Source of the DNA: Oikopleura dioica | Lineage: Eukaryota > Animalia > Chordata | Length of the DNA: 64,000 nt | Reading direction: 5' to 3' | NCBI GenBank assembly: GCA_907165135.1 | Contig: OU015569.1 | Coordinates: 12,090,001-12,154,000 of the forward strand | In this document: one piece after another, positions 1 to 12,917 of the stretch | Layout of the letters: each line of letters opens with the position of its first letter | Position numbering within the stretch: position 1 is the stretch's first letter | Notes under the pieces: model-generated | What the model was told of the DNA's origin: nothing | The model's input: only the letters and a program-made list of their open reading frames with translations | Database searches by the model: none | Translations under genes and position numbers: made by a program

Positions 1-504
1 GATGGTCTTGGCCATTACTCTGGGCCTGACAAGTCGCAAAAGGCCGGAGGACCTCGACCTATAATGGGCGAAACTCATCTTCAAGAAGTCTGCAAAATGC
101 TTTTCTGTGGTCATCTTCAAATCAATTTGAAGGTTCAAGAAAATAAATCTATTAGCTTCATATTTTCAGTTCTGGATGTTTGACAAAATTGAAGGAGAAT
201 TCTGCGGATACTCTATTTCTTTTCAAAGAGAAAAAAATGACTCTCTCGGTGTTTTTGAATTCATTTTGAAGATTGGATCACCAGGTTTTAAGTCTTTTTT
301 TATTCTTTTTAATGTCATGTAGGGCAGGATTCATTCACTGCAATAGCAGAAGAAATCGACCCTCCACTTGGGAAAATAAGAAATACGGTCGATTTAACGA
401 GTGTTCTCGAAGACGATAAGCAAACAATGAAATTTGTCGGGAAGAATAACATGGTCTACATACGATATAATCTGACGAGAATCGTTAAAAAAGAAAAGTT
501 TTGA
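1..504 (+). CDS. 3' end of a spliced gene (5' part outside window); possible MATH/TRAF-like beta domain
   Basis: Three exons joined by short GT-AG introns read ...GHLQINLK|FWMFDKIEGEFCGYSISFQREKNDSLGVFEFILKIGSP|GQDSF...FVGKNNMVYIRYNLTRIVKKEKF* (TGA 502-504). Domain call rests only on alternating hydrophobic pattern. Confidence 0.5.
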
Positions 505-957
505 ATTCTTTATTATTAAAAACTGCTGTATTGGTGACTAAATAAAATAAATTCAATTTTTTGCAATAAGAATATTGGCTCTCCAGTAAAAAACTTGCCG
601 TATTGCCATATTGATGCCATTTGAAATCGAGGGAGAGGTGTCTGGAATCGTCAAAAAAAATTTTGCGTGGAAATCTTCAACCAATCAGAAGCCTTGATTC
701 GGCGAATCGGCCAATCAGCAGCCGAGTAGCCGCGCACGCAAAATTTGTCGAAATTTATTTGTCGGTTCCAGACACCTCCCAAAATCGAGCTGGTTAGAAG
801 TGGTCGCTTTGAGCTTAAGGGATCTCTCCCCCCCCGTTTTGGCCATCTTTGACTGGAAATTCAGCCGATTTGCGCTTATAAATTTGGGCGTACAATAGCT
901 CTACGGAAAGCTCAGGTGCTATCCGCTATTCTCTAGTACAGAGAAGTTTTTGGGGCG

Positions 958-1323
958 CACTGGTTATGTCGCCGAATGTCGCCGAATGTCGCCATTTTTT
1001 TTCAAAAAATAGGATTTATGAAAGAAAAATTGTTTTCTGGCTCAAATTTTCAAAACAAACTTGTTCTAGAACCGAAAAAGGCGGAAATAGTAGGAGGCGC
1101 GGCAATAGAAGTGTGTCCAGCCCAACCAGTGAGTTTCCTACCACAAATTGCGCGGAGCGCTTCCTTGTCTCGAAATTATGCCAAAACAGTTCTAGAACAA
1201 GTTAGTTTTGAAAGTCCTAGGTTAAAAACCAGTTTTCCTTCAAAAAATCCTGGTTTAAAAAATAGGCGGCGACATTCGGCGACATTCGGCGACATTCGGC
1301 GACATTCGGCGACATAACCAGTG
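958..1323. mobile_element. MITE with TIR CACTGGTTATGTCGCC and subterminal 10-bp tandem repeats (GTCGCCGAAT)
   Basis: Left cactggttat(gtcgccgaat)x2gtcgcc; right ggc(gacattcggc)x4gacataaccagtg. No TSD found. Confidence 0.75.
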
Positions 1324-2252
1324 TCGACCAAGTTTTTTGCTCACTGCAAACGTACCACTAGGAGGGGCCAAAGTTCGAGAATTTCAATATACGCCATTTT
1401 AGGTCATCTTTGACTCGAAATTTAGCCGATTTGGGCTTAGATAGACACCATCTGCGACTAGATTTAGAAAGACCAAAGCCTCATCCTTAATGTCTAGTAC
1501 AGAGAAATGATTTGGTCAAGTAATTAATAAATTTTCTTAAGAACAACCGATTGGGGCCATTTTTGGCGTTTTTTGGAATTTAAATGCTCTCTAGCGCCAA
1601 CATTTTGTTCAAAAATCTAGTGCGGTTACAGCACTAGAATCAGCACATTCTAAGCTTTCGATAGATCCCTTGTATGTCTTATTTCGATGTTATTGAAAAG
1701 TCGAAAAAATTAATAATTTTTACGCTAAGTATAAATTACATGCATTTATGCAATTATCGAAGGGTAAAATTTCAGGGATAGATTTTCATAAATGTGTCAT
1801 GTAATACATCAAAATGATCCTCAGATCACGAGGAATCTTAATATATCAGATATAACACCCTATGAAAGACTTGAAAAAACAGACGGGATCAGCTAAAATC
1901 AATTAAACGTTGAAATTTTGGACTAAACCAATTTTTGGAAGTGAATTTTCGGATAGCCAATAAGATTGCTGTATTTGGCATACCGGCCAATCAAAACCCT
2001 TTCCATAAAAATCTTTTCCAAAAATTGGTTCTACCCGAAAATTTGATTTTTGAAAATTTTCATTTTTATCCCCATTACAAGCGGCAGACTAACTGTTTGA
2101 ACCGTCTATGAGCTCATTGAACAAGTGTGAAAAAAGTTTGGCTGATTCTATCGCTTGAGCAGGTGGCCGCGGGGCCGCGAAAGCGCTCGACCGTAAAACC
2201 GAAATTTCAAATTTCAAAGTTAACGTTTCGCTAAAAAGAGGAGCTCCCCAAA

Positions 2253-4168
2253 ATGAACAGTTCTTGGCTTGATGGACACCAGTTGCTGCAGAAGAGAAAA
2301 GCCGAGAAAGAGAAGATTTTGGGATTTATGGCGGACTTGAAAATCGCCGCTTCTAGCTTTATCCCAGGTTTGAGAAATGAAATTCCTTTTTTTTCAAAAA
2401 AAAAAATTCAAAAAAATCATCAATAATTTTTTAAAATTTTTTTTTTTGAAAATATTATTCAAAAACTTTAAAAAATATTTCAAAAATCTTCGAAATAAAT
2501 TATAAAAATCTTCTCTCCCAAAAAATAAAGCGGTTTTTAGAAGAAGAGAAAATCTTCTTCCAAAAATGGAATCGTCTGAAAGTGTCTGTCTCCGGCCTTT
2601 TCAACTCCTTCGACGAGCTGGAGTGCATTTGGGACGAACTGAAAGAAGAATCGAAAACCAAGGAAACGCGAGTCCAAAACGTGGCAGTTCAAAACAAGCC
2701 GCCAGAAGTGGAAAAAGAAGAAGTCGGAGTTCAAACCGACCCAATTAAAAAGAACGAAGAACCTGTTCTAGGTAATTCATAATTTTAATGGGCAAAATCG
2801 AAAAGTAACCAATCAATTCAGATTGGAAATCCCTCGTCGAGGAAACCTACAACTACAACAACGAAGAAACAACGCGAAAAATCTCGATTCAAAGCTGGTC
2901 GCCTTCGCGCAGCCGCAGCCCGACTCCAGACTCGCTCAATTCGAAGCTCCGCGAAATCAACGAAAACAAGAAACCAATTCAAACAGAAAAGATCTCAGTC
3001 GTTCCGGAAGAAGAGGAGAGTCAAGAAGAGAACTCACAGGAGCCACCAAGCCTTGACGACATTATACCCGACCTGGAAGAAGCGCCGAATTCTTCGTGAG
3101 TTTTTAACGAGAATCTTACATAGGGTTTCTTTTATAATAGCTTTGATTGAAAGTCGCGTAGCGGCTTTTCTACTCGTCGAAACCGCGGAGCGGCTTTTCA
3201 AAAATCCATCCGGCAACATGATTTTAGGACTAAACCAAAAAAGATGGAATTGCATTTTTAAACTACCAATAAGATTGCTGTATTTGACCTACTGGCCAAT
3301 AAAAACCCTGATTCAGAAAATCCCTTCCATTTTTGGTTTTGCCCTGATTTTGGCTAAGCTGCTTTGCGGCTTCCTTTCCATAACATATCTATTCGTAGGA
3401 TTGAGGAAATACCAATAAATGAAGAATTATTCGAAAACAGCATCGTCCCAAAAATCGAGAAAGAAACAACTCCTGAAAAGAAAGAAGCAAGAAAATCGAT
3501 CGGACTTTCGAAAACTCTTCCAGTCTCCTCCGCCCCGGTAAAAAGAGGACCAGGAAGACCACGGAAGTCGGAAACAACTGTGAAAAGAGGACCAGGAAGG
3601 CCGAGAAAAGAGCAAAACGCAAACGAGCTGACGATCAAAGGGAAAACACAACTTCAAAAATACAAGCGAAAATCGGCGCCAGGGAGGACTTTTCCCGAAA
3701 AACTCAAGTCAAAAGGGTTAGTTTAGAAACTTTTTAAATAATTATTTTTGAATAAATATGTGAAAAATTAAAGCAAAAATAAAAAGACATTTTTAAACAA
3801 ATTAATCATTTTATTTAATTTTATCTAATAATTTTTTTATTATAATAAATACAATAAATTTTAAATAAAATTATTTATATTAAATTATTTTAATTTTTAT
3901 GTTTGAAATATAAAAATATAATCATCTTCCATAGTCGCGGAGAATAGAAGACACCATCGCTCAAATTCGGCGAACACGTGACAACTCCTTTCTGACTTCC
4001 GTTTCTGCTCTTTCCAAACGAACTGGCGAGCCAGCCGCGTCGACCAGGAACGGGCGGCCGACACCACCTCCGACGCCGCCAGCGAACCAGGCCGAGAACT
4101 GCTTCACTTCCTACGAAATGGAGATCTTCAATCAAGTCCTGCACGACCAGAAGGCCTTTGCTTCTTAA
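2253..4168 (+). CDS. Low-complexity nuclear protein with two AT-hook motifs
   Basis: ATG 2253; GT-AG exons give MNSSWLDG...|EEKIFFQKW...|DWKSLVEET...|IEEIPINEE...KRGPGRPRKSETTVKRGPGRPRK. It ends either at TAG 3726 or via a further exon (about 3935-4168, ...IEDTIAQIRR...QKAFAS*). Confidence 0.7.
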
Positions 4169-4506
4169 ATTTTTATTTTGCTATTTTCACGAAAAATTGC
4201 TCGACCCTTCAACTCCTAAATCAACATGTTTCAACTCAAATAAACGTCTCAATTTCATTAAAATTAATAATTAACAATAAATGGCAAAAAGCAAAAAATG
4301 ACAAAAAATGCGCTGATGCGTCAGAATGCAACTGCTTTTGAGAAAAACAGCGCAAGCCGATATTTTGGCGGGGCGGGAATCTCGGGCTGAGAGACAAGCT
4401 GAGTCAAATCATGCTCCTCGTCGATGATAATTGGGATTTAAAAGCGCAGGGAGCAGGGATCTCCACCAGTTCGATTTTGAAATCGTCGAAGTGAAAGTCT
4501 GGAAAA

Positions 4507-4835
4507 TGAATTTTTACGAACAACGACGAGTTAAGTCCTTCGAGATTCTTGGCCGCATCATTCTTTAGTAAGAAAAAACGCAAATAAAAGAGGTCACCTT
4601 TTTAACGGGCAAATACTTCATTAAGGTCTCTATTTTAACGAATTTACGAGAAAAGCCCGTTAAAATGCTGACCCTTTTATTTTCCCTTTTTCAGTTCAAA
4701 CTCAAATAATAAATGAATAAACGAAATTCTAGTCTTCCAGAACCAGTTTCGCAGTTGGCAGAGAAAGGCTACTTCTACAACGAAAAAACGAGAAAAGTGG
4801 AGATGGACCCCGAATTCCTCAATTCTCAAAAGTGA
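4507..4835 (+). CDS. Short two-exon ORF resembling the N-terminal half of a BIR domain
   Basis: Splicing TA|gtaag...ctag|T gives MNFYEQRRVKSFEILGRIILYLPEPVSQLAEKGYFYNEKTRKVEMDPEFLNSQK*. RxxSF and LAxxGYFY motifs present; zinc ligands absent. Confidence 0.3.
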
Positions 4836-6240
4836 ATCTTCTCTTTTTTCTTCCTCCCTTGACCCTCCCTAGAATCTTCCAATTTTCAATTTTTCAATCA
4901 AAAAATCTCTTAAAAATCGCATACCTAAAAAATAGACCTTTCGAACTGAACTGATGAAAAGACCCTTTTTGAATCTGAAGCTCAATAAATCAAACAAACA
5001 AATTTCCTATTTTTTGTCCAATAAACAAGCCATTTCAAAATAAGTTTTTGGAAAACGTATGCAATGGAAAAGTTAACAGTGCTTTACTAGGTATTGACTA
5101 GGCATTTATAATTCAGCAGATGTCGAGCTGGATCAAATTAGGCTTGCTCTTACTTCGCTTTTTGTTGTTTCTTTCGCCAGATTTACAAAATGCACCAGAG
5201 AGAAGAACAAGTCTACCAGGTCAGACAAAACAGCTCTTTTCTCTTACGCCATTGAGGTTATTTTCAAAATAACCACCACTTTTAAAAGAGCAACAAAACC
5301 AATAGCCTATTAATAGGGTTAGGGTTTGCTTGGTTCGGTAACCTGTGTAAAAGCCTGAATCAGGGTCAGAAAGATCTTTAATGAAGCCGCGGGTTTTTAT
5401 CAAAGATCTTTCAGACCCTGACTCAGGCTTTCTACACAGGTTCCCTTTGAAAGCCTCTGTAAAAACCTGAGTGAGGATCCTGAGAGAGCTTATCAGAGCT
5501 TTATTTTGATACTTTTTGATTGCAATTATTGTGACTAAGAAGGCAAAATCTACTTTTTTATTTGGTGCCCAGCTAATCGGCGAGAGCGTCAAACATCTCG
5601 TAGTAATATATACTTCATTCCGATTAGTTGCCGCAAATTTGAGCTTCTTCCGCATCTGCTCAGATATTTTTATGATCTTTTCAAAATTTAAAAATAGATT
5701 TGACAGGTAAAATACTCGAAGACGCCTTGCGGCTTCGTTTTTCAACAATAAAATGTTCTCAGGAACTGTACTGGAATTTAATCGTTGCACTCAGCGGCTG
5801 GACCATCGTCTTTGCTCCAGCACTAATGCTCATGCTCAGGAGGTACTTTTTTCTTCTAGCTCGAGTGTTCAGGAAAATCGTCTCTTTTTAGCGACAGAGA
5901 AAGGTCTTTGGACGAAAAATTCATCGGAATAACAGTTGAAAGAACAAGTAAGATTACAAGCATTTTCAAGAAAAACTCGGAATTAAGATCGCTCCCGAGA
6001 AAGAAACAACAGTCGCCGACTTGGGATCGCCTGGCAGCGTCCTTCTTACACCAAAGACCTGAATTTACTGCTCAGCAACAAGAAAAACGCGAATCGGAAA
6101 AGGACTCCTTCAGTCTACTCTTTCACTGACTCCAAGTCTCGCTTCTGCTAAAAATATTCGACGAATTTTTTCGTGTATTTTTTTTCGATATTCGTAGTCA
6201 TAAATTATGACTCATAATTGACGTGTAGCGGGGTTATCGG

Positions 6241-6455
6241 GGTAGTAAGGGGTTATCATTCGAGCTGCCCCTAACCCTAACCCTAACCCAGGTGGCTACG
6301 CCCCTGCACCCCCACCTAAGGCCCAAACCAGGGGGCTTGCCCCCCCCCCCGGCCCCATGTTAAGAGTTCCTAGTCCCTAACCCTAACCACTAGCCCAGAT
6401 TCTAGAGATATATGATGGCTCGAATCATAGGCTCGAATGATAACCCCTGTCTGCG
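6241..6455 (+). mobile_element. MITE carrying telomeric (CCCTAA)n, 8-bp TSD
   Basis: TIR core GGGGTTATCATTCGAGC (6249-6265 / 6431-6447); flanking direct repeat GTTATCGG; internal CCCTAA arrays. Confidence 0.8.
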
Positions 6456-6499
6456 GTTATCGGTCGAGCGTCCTAAAATGACTGTCCTCAATTAGCCCT

Positions 6500-6600
6500 T
6501 ATCTCGGTTAGGGTTAGGGTTAGGGGACTTGGGATACCTACTAGGGGGTCCTGGGGGCGAAACCCCTGAGTTAGGGCCTTGGGGGAGGGTTAGGGACTGC
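6500..6600 (+). repeat. Interstitial TTAGGG array / G-rich remnant related to the telomere-repeat MITE
   Basis: ggttagggttagggttaggggacttggg and gagggttaggg, oriented opposite to the CCCTAA arrays at 6270-6390. Confidence 0.65.
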
Positions 6601-6744
6601 TTGCTTTTGACCCCTATTACCATAATTGATCGGCTGAGGTAAAATTTTAATCCGAAAAATTGATTTCGTCTGTTTTTCGTTAAAATTGCAGCAGTCAGTG
6701 ATGAAGGCAGGGTCTTATTTTATTGGCATTTTTCAGAACGGGCT

Positions 6745-7785
6745 TCATTCATTCAGAAGCTTCGAATCGGAATTCGTCGAGGAAGTGTCTTCCTTTTTAC
6801 TGAATTTATCGTTGACAAACCAAAACGTCCTTTGCACCGTCCAGAGTATACAGAAAAGCGTTGTTTGGACGACAAACGTCAGGATGAACTGCAACTAAAA
6901 CGCGGCATTATTTGTTTTTTCCGCCGGGTCAGGGACGAAAAAGTTAATTTCCAACTTGTCTCTTGCTTCGCTTCTTACCTTTAGTACTTCGTACATGGAT
7001 TCACTGCCGAATTCGCCGAAAGTGGCGAATTTGTAAACTGCGTCTCGCGTTTCTGGCCAGAGCATGGCGATGGCGAACATGTAGAAACAGTCGCAGAAGC
7101 AGTAGATAAAAGGAGCCAGGATCCATTTGAATTTGTAAGGCCCTAAAAATCATAAAACACTTTCAAAATTCAATTGTCCTTACGCTGGGAAATAAAGTCA
7201 ATAGAAGTGAGAAGACCAAGTCCTCCATGTTGCCAAAGACTGTGCAGCCCGTAATTGACTTTGTCCATCATTCCCCAGTAAACCAGCGCGATCAAGTAGC
7301 TAGAACACATCGTCTGCGTGGTCAACCACTTGTCCCAAAATCGCAGCCTGGGCGACTCAATTCGTCGCGAAAAAACGGTGAAAACGGCCCAAACAGCGCA
7401 GAAGAACTCGTTGGCGTTGGAGACGTAGTCGAAGTATCTGTGCTGCCCGTACTGGCCATCGGGGTCTTGGATGAAGTTCCAGATTCCATAGAGACACAAA
7501 GCTGATGTAAAACCTGCTCGGAAAACCTGAAGAAATGAGTCAGCAATAGCCTGTGCTTAGGAACCAGTATAGAAAACCTGAGTCAGGGTTTGACCCGCCT
7601 ATCGGTTTCTCAGAACCTGACTCAGGTTTTTTACACAGGTTTTCGAGCGCAGGTTTTCACTCATTTCTCGGGAAAAAATCGAATTGTGTCGTTTTCGCGT
7701 TAAATATTTTCCTTCTCTTACTCACATCAATCAGTTCGCAGACAATTCTTTTTGCTTCTTGCATTTTCGCGAGTCTAGTTCCCAT
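6745..7785 (-). CDS. Rolling-stone / FAR-17a-AIG1-like multi-pass membrane protein
   Basis: Four GT-AG exons: MGTRLAKMQEAKRIVCELID|VFRAGF...RYFDYVSNANEFF...LIALVYWGMM...WQHGGLGLLTSIDFISQRK|GPYKFKWILAPFIY...AVYKFATF...EVLK|LQFILTFVVQTTLFCILW...LLNE*. Several hydrophobic helices, VYW and HG motifs. Confidence 0.7.
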
Positions 7786-10700
7786 TCTTTTACGATTCGG
7801 TCTGAGCCGGGTTTTCTGTCACGAGGAGTGACCTCGACATCGTCCTTCTGCTCCGAAGCCTTCACATCTCAATCAGTGGCCTTGGCAGCGAAGGCCACTT
7901 AGTGCGACCTTCTGAAGAGGATTTTCTCGGCGCCTGATTTTTGAACAATTATTGACGCTGTTGTTATATCATCTTGTTTGTTTTCAAAACTCAAAGAAGG
8001 AAATTAAGAAAGGATGGAAAAAATAGATGAAATCAAGGAAGATAACCAACGTTTTCAAATTCAGTTTCAAAAACCCTAACCCTACCCTCCCGACAACGCA
8101 GGTTTTCTCCACTAGAAAGTAGACTCTCTAGGCGAAGTGCCGAAATTGGAGGAGGAGAAGTTCCAACGTCACTGCCCGTTCTAACGTCGCAAGTAGTTAG
8201 GTCGGATTTCTATGATGTCGAAACAAGTGCATGAAATCGTGGCTTCGAATATCGAAGTCTGTTCCAAAGCACGAGTTGCATCTTCGTCTCTATCTTTGAT
8301 TTCATCGAAAAACACGCATTCAACTCACCCAAATCTCGACTTGACTCATGAAAAACCCCCAAATAGCACAGATAGCCCCGAGTTGCAATAATCTTTGGCA
8401 GCTACTGTAGATGCTGATAGACTTGGCAACCTGTGTTCATACAGCGAGTCAGGGCGTAGGAGATCTTTCAGGCCCTGACTCAGGTTTGGACACAGGTTGC
8501 CAAGCCTATCAGCTACAATTTTGCCAATGATGATTGGTATAGGAAGCTTGCTCTGGTATTCCAGTCGAGATTTGGTGGCCCTGGGTCAATCGCCGCCAGG
8601 AAAAACTTCATTTTGAGATTCGACGTCACGATTTCATGCACTTGTTGCGACGTCATAGAAATTCGACGTCACTACTTACGACGTCAGAACGGCCGGTGGC
8701 GTTTTAGGTGCTCCTCCTCCAATTTTGGCACTTTCTGCGGTTTCCGCGGCGCTCACTCGACGCACTCGAACCGCATGTCTAAGATAAAGTATGAATCATA
8801 ACCTTTTTTCTAAAATTGGAAATTTTTGTTGATTTGATCACTGAAATAACAATTAAACTTTTTTGACTAACGTTTTTAAAAAGCGTGAATTTTCGCGGGC
8901 GCTACTGTTTTCGGCAAATAAAAGTGATTCGGCGGCGGTGTTGAATTCCAGTAGATTGAACTTTTTGTTGTTCGACTTTTACTAGTCAGAGTCGGTGACT
9001 AGTCATCTGATGGAACTTGGAAGAGCTGCGCGCCCACTCACATACAGTCACGCTCAGAAACGACATTGACTCACAAACTGTCAGAAGCGGACCTCGGCAG
9101 TCTGGGAATAAAAACCTGACTCAGGGTTCTAAATAGCTTTGATGAAAAGCCACGTGCCGTTTTTTTTTTCAAAGTTTTGTCAGAACCCTGACTCAGGTTT
9201 TCTTCACAGGTTGCCGAGCCCAAGCCGGAAGTTTTCAGAACTTTAGGTTATCAAATAGGCTTTTTTGAAGCTCCTTTTTCAGGATGCTTTTAAAAATATC
9301 GGGCTCTAACTCTTAAAAATTCAGGCTTCATTTTGGATCCAAAAAGTCTTTTCTCGCGATTTTCTCAACATGGGAACGGGTTCTTTGAAGAGAAGTCTAT
9401 CAGTGATAGTCTATCACTCTATAATAAAATATTTTATTTAAATTTTATTTACAAAAATTTCTATATAATTATTTTTCTAACTTGAAATAATTTTTTTCGA
9501 TGATAAACTTAAAAAAAATCAGATATAATTCAATTTATGATTCATAAATTATGAAAGACAAAAGTAATTTTTTTTTGAATTTATAAATTTATATTTTTGG
9601 GAAAAGGAATTCCATAACTATTCGAGCCCAGCGAGCGTTATGCCTTCTTTTGTTTGCTCAAACGTGCGGGCTCCGTTTTTTACGATTAGTATGATTGAGT
9701 TTGATCCTGAGCTTTTGGCGCAGCCCGCCACTCTTTTCAAAATCGCGCAATTTCAAACTTTCGCCTCTGAATCATGCAATTCGCGGATTCCAAAGCTCCG
9801 ACACTCATTTTTTCCCTTTTTCGTTGTCCACTAAGACAGCTACTTTTCGTCACTGGTTAAACGTTCTCATTCCTTATTGTTTTCTCATCACGGGCTACGT
9901 CAGGACTGCCCCACTACCTCAGAAACGCAACAATCAATGATCATCTATTTTCCTTTTTGACAAGTCATCCTGAACCTGCGTTCGGCAACCTGAGTCAGGC
10001 TCTAAAAGAGCAAAATGAAAAGCCGCGCAGCGGCTTTTATGAAAACGGAGCCGCGAAGCGGCATCGCGAATATTACCATCTCAACCTATCGTAATATTCT
10101 TGCGAAGCCGCGGCTTTTTAAAAGAAAGCCGCAGAGCGGCTTCGCTCAAATTACCAGATTTATCATTTTTTAAATCTTGATCCTCAGAAATCTGAGTCAG
10201 GTTTTTACACAGGGTCAGAATTGAAAAAATGAATGAATTGATAATTTTCGCGAAGCCGCTTTGCGGCTTCATTAAAAGCCGCTACGCTGCTTTCCAAGCT
10301 CTGTAATACCCTGACTCAGGTTTTTACTCAGGTTGCCGAGCCCAGTCCCGAACTACAGGCTCTTGTCTTCTTCGCCTAGGTTCGGCATCCTGTGTAGAAA
10401 AGAACCTGAGTCAGGTTCTGAAGAGCTTTCACCAATAAAGACGTGATCTTATGAGAGCAAATCAATTGAGAAAGGAATCTTCTGTGTTCATTTTTCGGAG
10501 GCGCTGGGCGAAGCTCAACGTCACTTCTTGAATCGCTCTGGGGGCAAACAGAGGGCAGCGCTGCGAGTTGAATCACCGCAGCGCCCCAACTCGCTCAGGA
10601 TTGCTCGAGCTGATTCACCTTTCCCTTCAGAAGAATGGAATATAAGACGCATGCCTTCCTCGAGCAAATCAGTCGCAGCAAAGCGCCAAAACCAAAAAAC

Positions 10701-12192
10701 CAAAAAAAAAAAGAATTTTTCTTTTGAATCGAGCTTTTCTTAAAATCGACAAAAACCAAAATCGCGAAAAATCTTCCGAAAAAACGAAATCCGAAAAACC
10801 GAGAAACCGAAAATCCGAAAATCCGAAAAATCATGATCCGAAACGAAGACGACCCCTTTTACGAAGAGCTCAACAACGCCGTCGTCTACGACGAAGATGA
10901 CAAGCAGGGCTATTGAATCGAAAACTTTAATTCGGGCTGAAATGAAATTTCAAATCTTCATTTTTAGTTTTGCTTTAGTTCCTTAATTCTACTTCTTTTA
11001 ACTGCCTTTTTCCGCTTTTTCGTTTTAGCGCTTTTTACTATTTAAAAACTGTATTCTAATGTCGATATTCCTTGTATTACCGTACTATTACTGTGCTATT
11101 AACTGAAACTCTTGAGATTTCAATAAAGATATTCTTGTTCATTCCAAACCAGCTTTTTCCGTAGGCATAAAAGAAGTTTAATCTTAAAAATTTCTAAAAA
11201 AAACGTAAAAAGTTTAAATTTCGGCGAAAAACCTGGCTCGCAACAAGAGCATACTCGATTGAATTTCTAAGAGCATCAAAACTTAGACAAGTTAGTCAAT
11301 TGAAAGCTACTGAAAAAACCTGTGTACAGAAAACCTGAGTCAGGTTTTGAATATACTAAATGAAAAGCCGCGGAGCGGCTTTTTAAAACGAAGCCGCAAA
11401 GCGGCTTCGCAATATTACCATTCATGTCAATTCTTAAATTCTGGCGAAGCCGCTTTGCGGCTTCGTTTTTAAAAGCCGCTTCGCGGCTTTTCATTTAGTA
11501 TATTCAAAACCTGACTCAGGTTTTTACAAAGGTTGCTTTGCCAAAATAGTATCAAAAAAAGGTTGGAAATCATTTTTGATTTACATTTTTAATAATAATT
11601 AAAATTTTAATATAATTTAATAATTGAGTAAAATTTTAAATTAAATAAAATTCGCGCGAGAATATTCCAAGATTGCCTACGTTTCCTAAGTTTTCCTTTT
11701 TTAAAATTTTCGGTTTTGGTAATTGAGCAGTTTGAATTTGGTGTTGTCGTCAAGGCAAATCAGTGATGTCACTGGGAAATCAATTGTGTGAAAGAAAAAC
11801 GGAGTCATCAAAGAATAAAGAATGCGCAGAATCGAAATACTTCCGGAGCCACGCTTCTCTTTCCGACGGCGATCTTCTCCTGTCTTTATCAAAGTTGTGC
11901 CCGCTGGACCTAATAAAACCTACTTTCTTCCATTCATGGAGAAAAGAATTTCTTTTGTTTAACAAATTCTCGTTCGAAAGGAAAAGGGAAATCCATTAGT
12001 GACAGAATGATTCTGAACGATTAAAATCGTAAAAACAATTCGCTTTTCAGAAGATATTCTCAAGTGGCTAGACAGAAAGATTTTTTAAAGAAAGAGAACT
12101 TTATATATTGAGAATTTTGATTTAAGGTAGTGACACCCTTATTTTCCGAAATTTTTCTATTTACGTAACAAGCCTAAATATTGGAAATCCGG

Positions 12193-12441
12193 GACTAAGC
12201 CAAAATATGGAAAATATAAGTGCATTTTTGAATAACCAATAAGATTGCTGTATTTGGCTTACCGGCCAATCAAAACCCTGATCCATCAAATCACTTCCAT
12301 TTGTTGGTTCTGCCCGAAATCCGTAGGCAAAACCAATTGGTTGAACTGATTTTATGGATCAGGGTTTTGATTGGCCGATAGGCCAAATGCGGCAATCTTA
12401 TTGGTTATCCAAAATGCACTTCCATATTTTGGTTTAGTCCA
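12193..12441. mobile_element. Palindromic MITE (GGACTAAGCCAAAA...CCAATAAGATTGCTGTATTTGGC family)
   Basis: Self-complementary arms; partial copies at about 1918-2050, 3226-3360 and 35255-35400. Confidence 0.7.
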
Positions 12442-12917
12442 AATCCGTTAAAACGGAGACCGTTTTTTAAATTTAAAGGTCTCGAATAAAATATTCCGGA
12501 GCTGGAAAAATCATTTCCAAAAAAGTTGGCTATCGATCAGAAATCGCAGGAATGGTAATTAATCAGTTGGCCCTTATAATCTCCTTTGCTTGTTCAAATA
12601 AACCCCCTTCTTGAAGTGCTTCTTTTGAGATTCTTCCTTACTGAGAATAAACTGATTCCACATTTTCAAAAGAGAAAAGAGTTACAGAGCGAAACAAGGC
12701 AAAATGGCTCAGTGCCTAAGGAAGGGCTTCAATTTGCTTCAAAATCAACGATCAAAATGAGCGGTAAAATGACTGTAGTTAATTGGCGGCTCGAAATTAA
12801 CATGTCCTGGCCTTGTAAGTGAAATCTATCGATCCGGTTACCTCAGTTGAGCTAAATTCCCACTTGCGGCATTTTTATTTTTCCCGCTATTTTTCGAGTT
12901 TTACGAAAAAAGTAAAG

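Noticed and set aside
966-1317. ORFs 966..1205 and 976..1317
   Set aside because: They lie wholly inside a MITE; the repeats translate to RRHSATFGDI artefacts.
5221-5790. 189-aa minus-strand ORF
   Set aside because: It crosses a MITE copy and has no recognisable motif. Possible + strand exon fragments at 5100-6130 could not be assembled either.
9640-11999. Scattered short ORFs and exon-like pieces at 9.6-12 kb, 15.9-16.5 kb and 24.4-26.9 kb
   Set aside because: Some look coding, but no consistent gene model or homology could be established.
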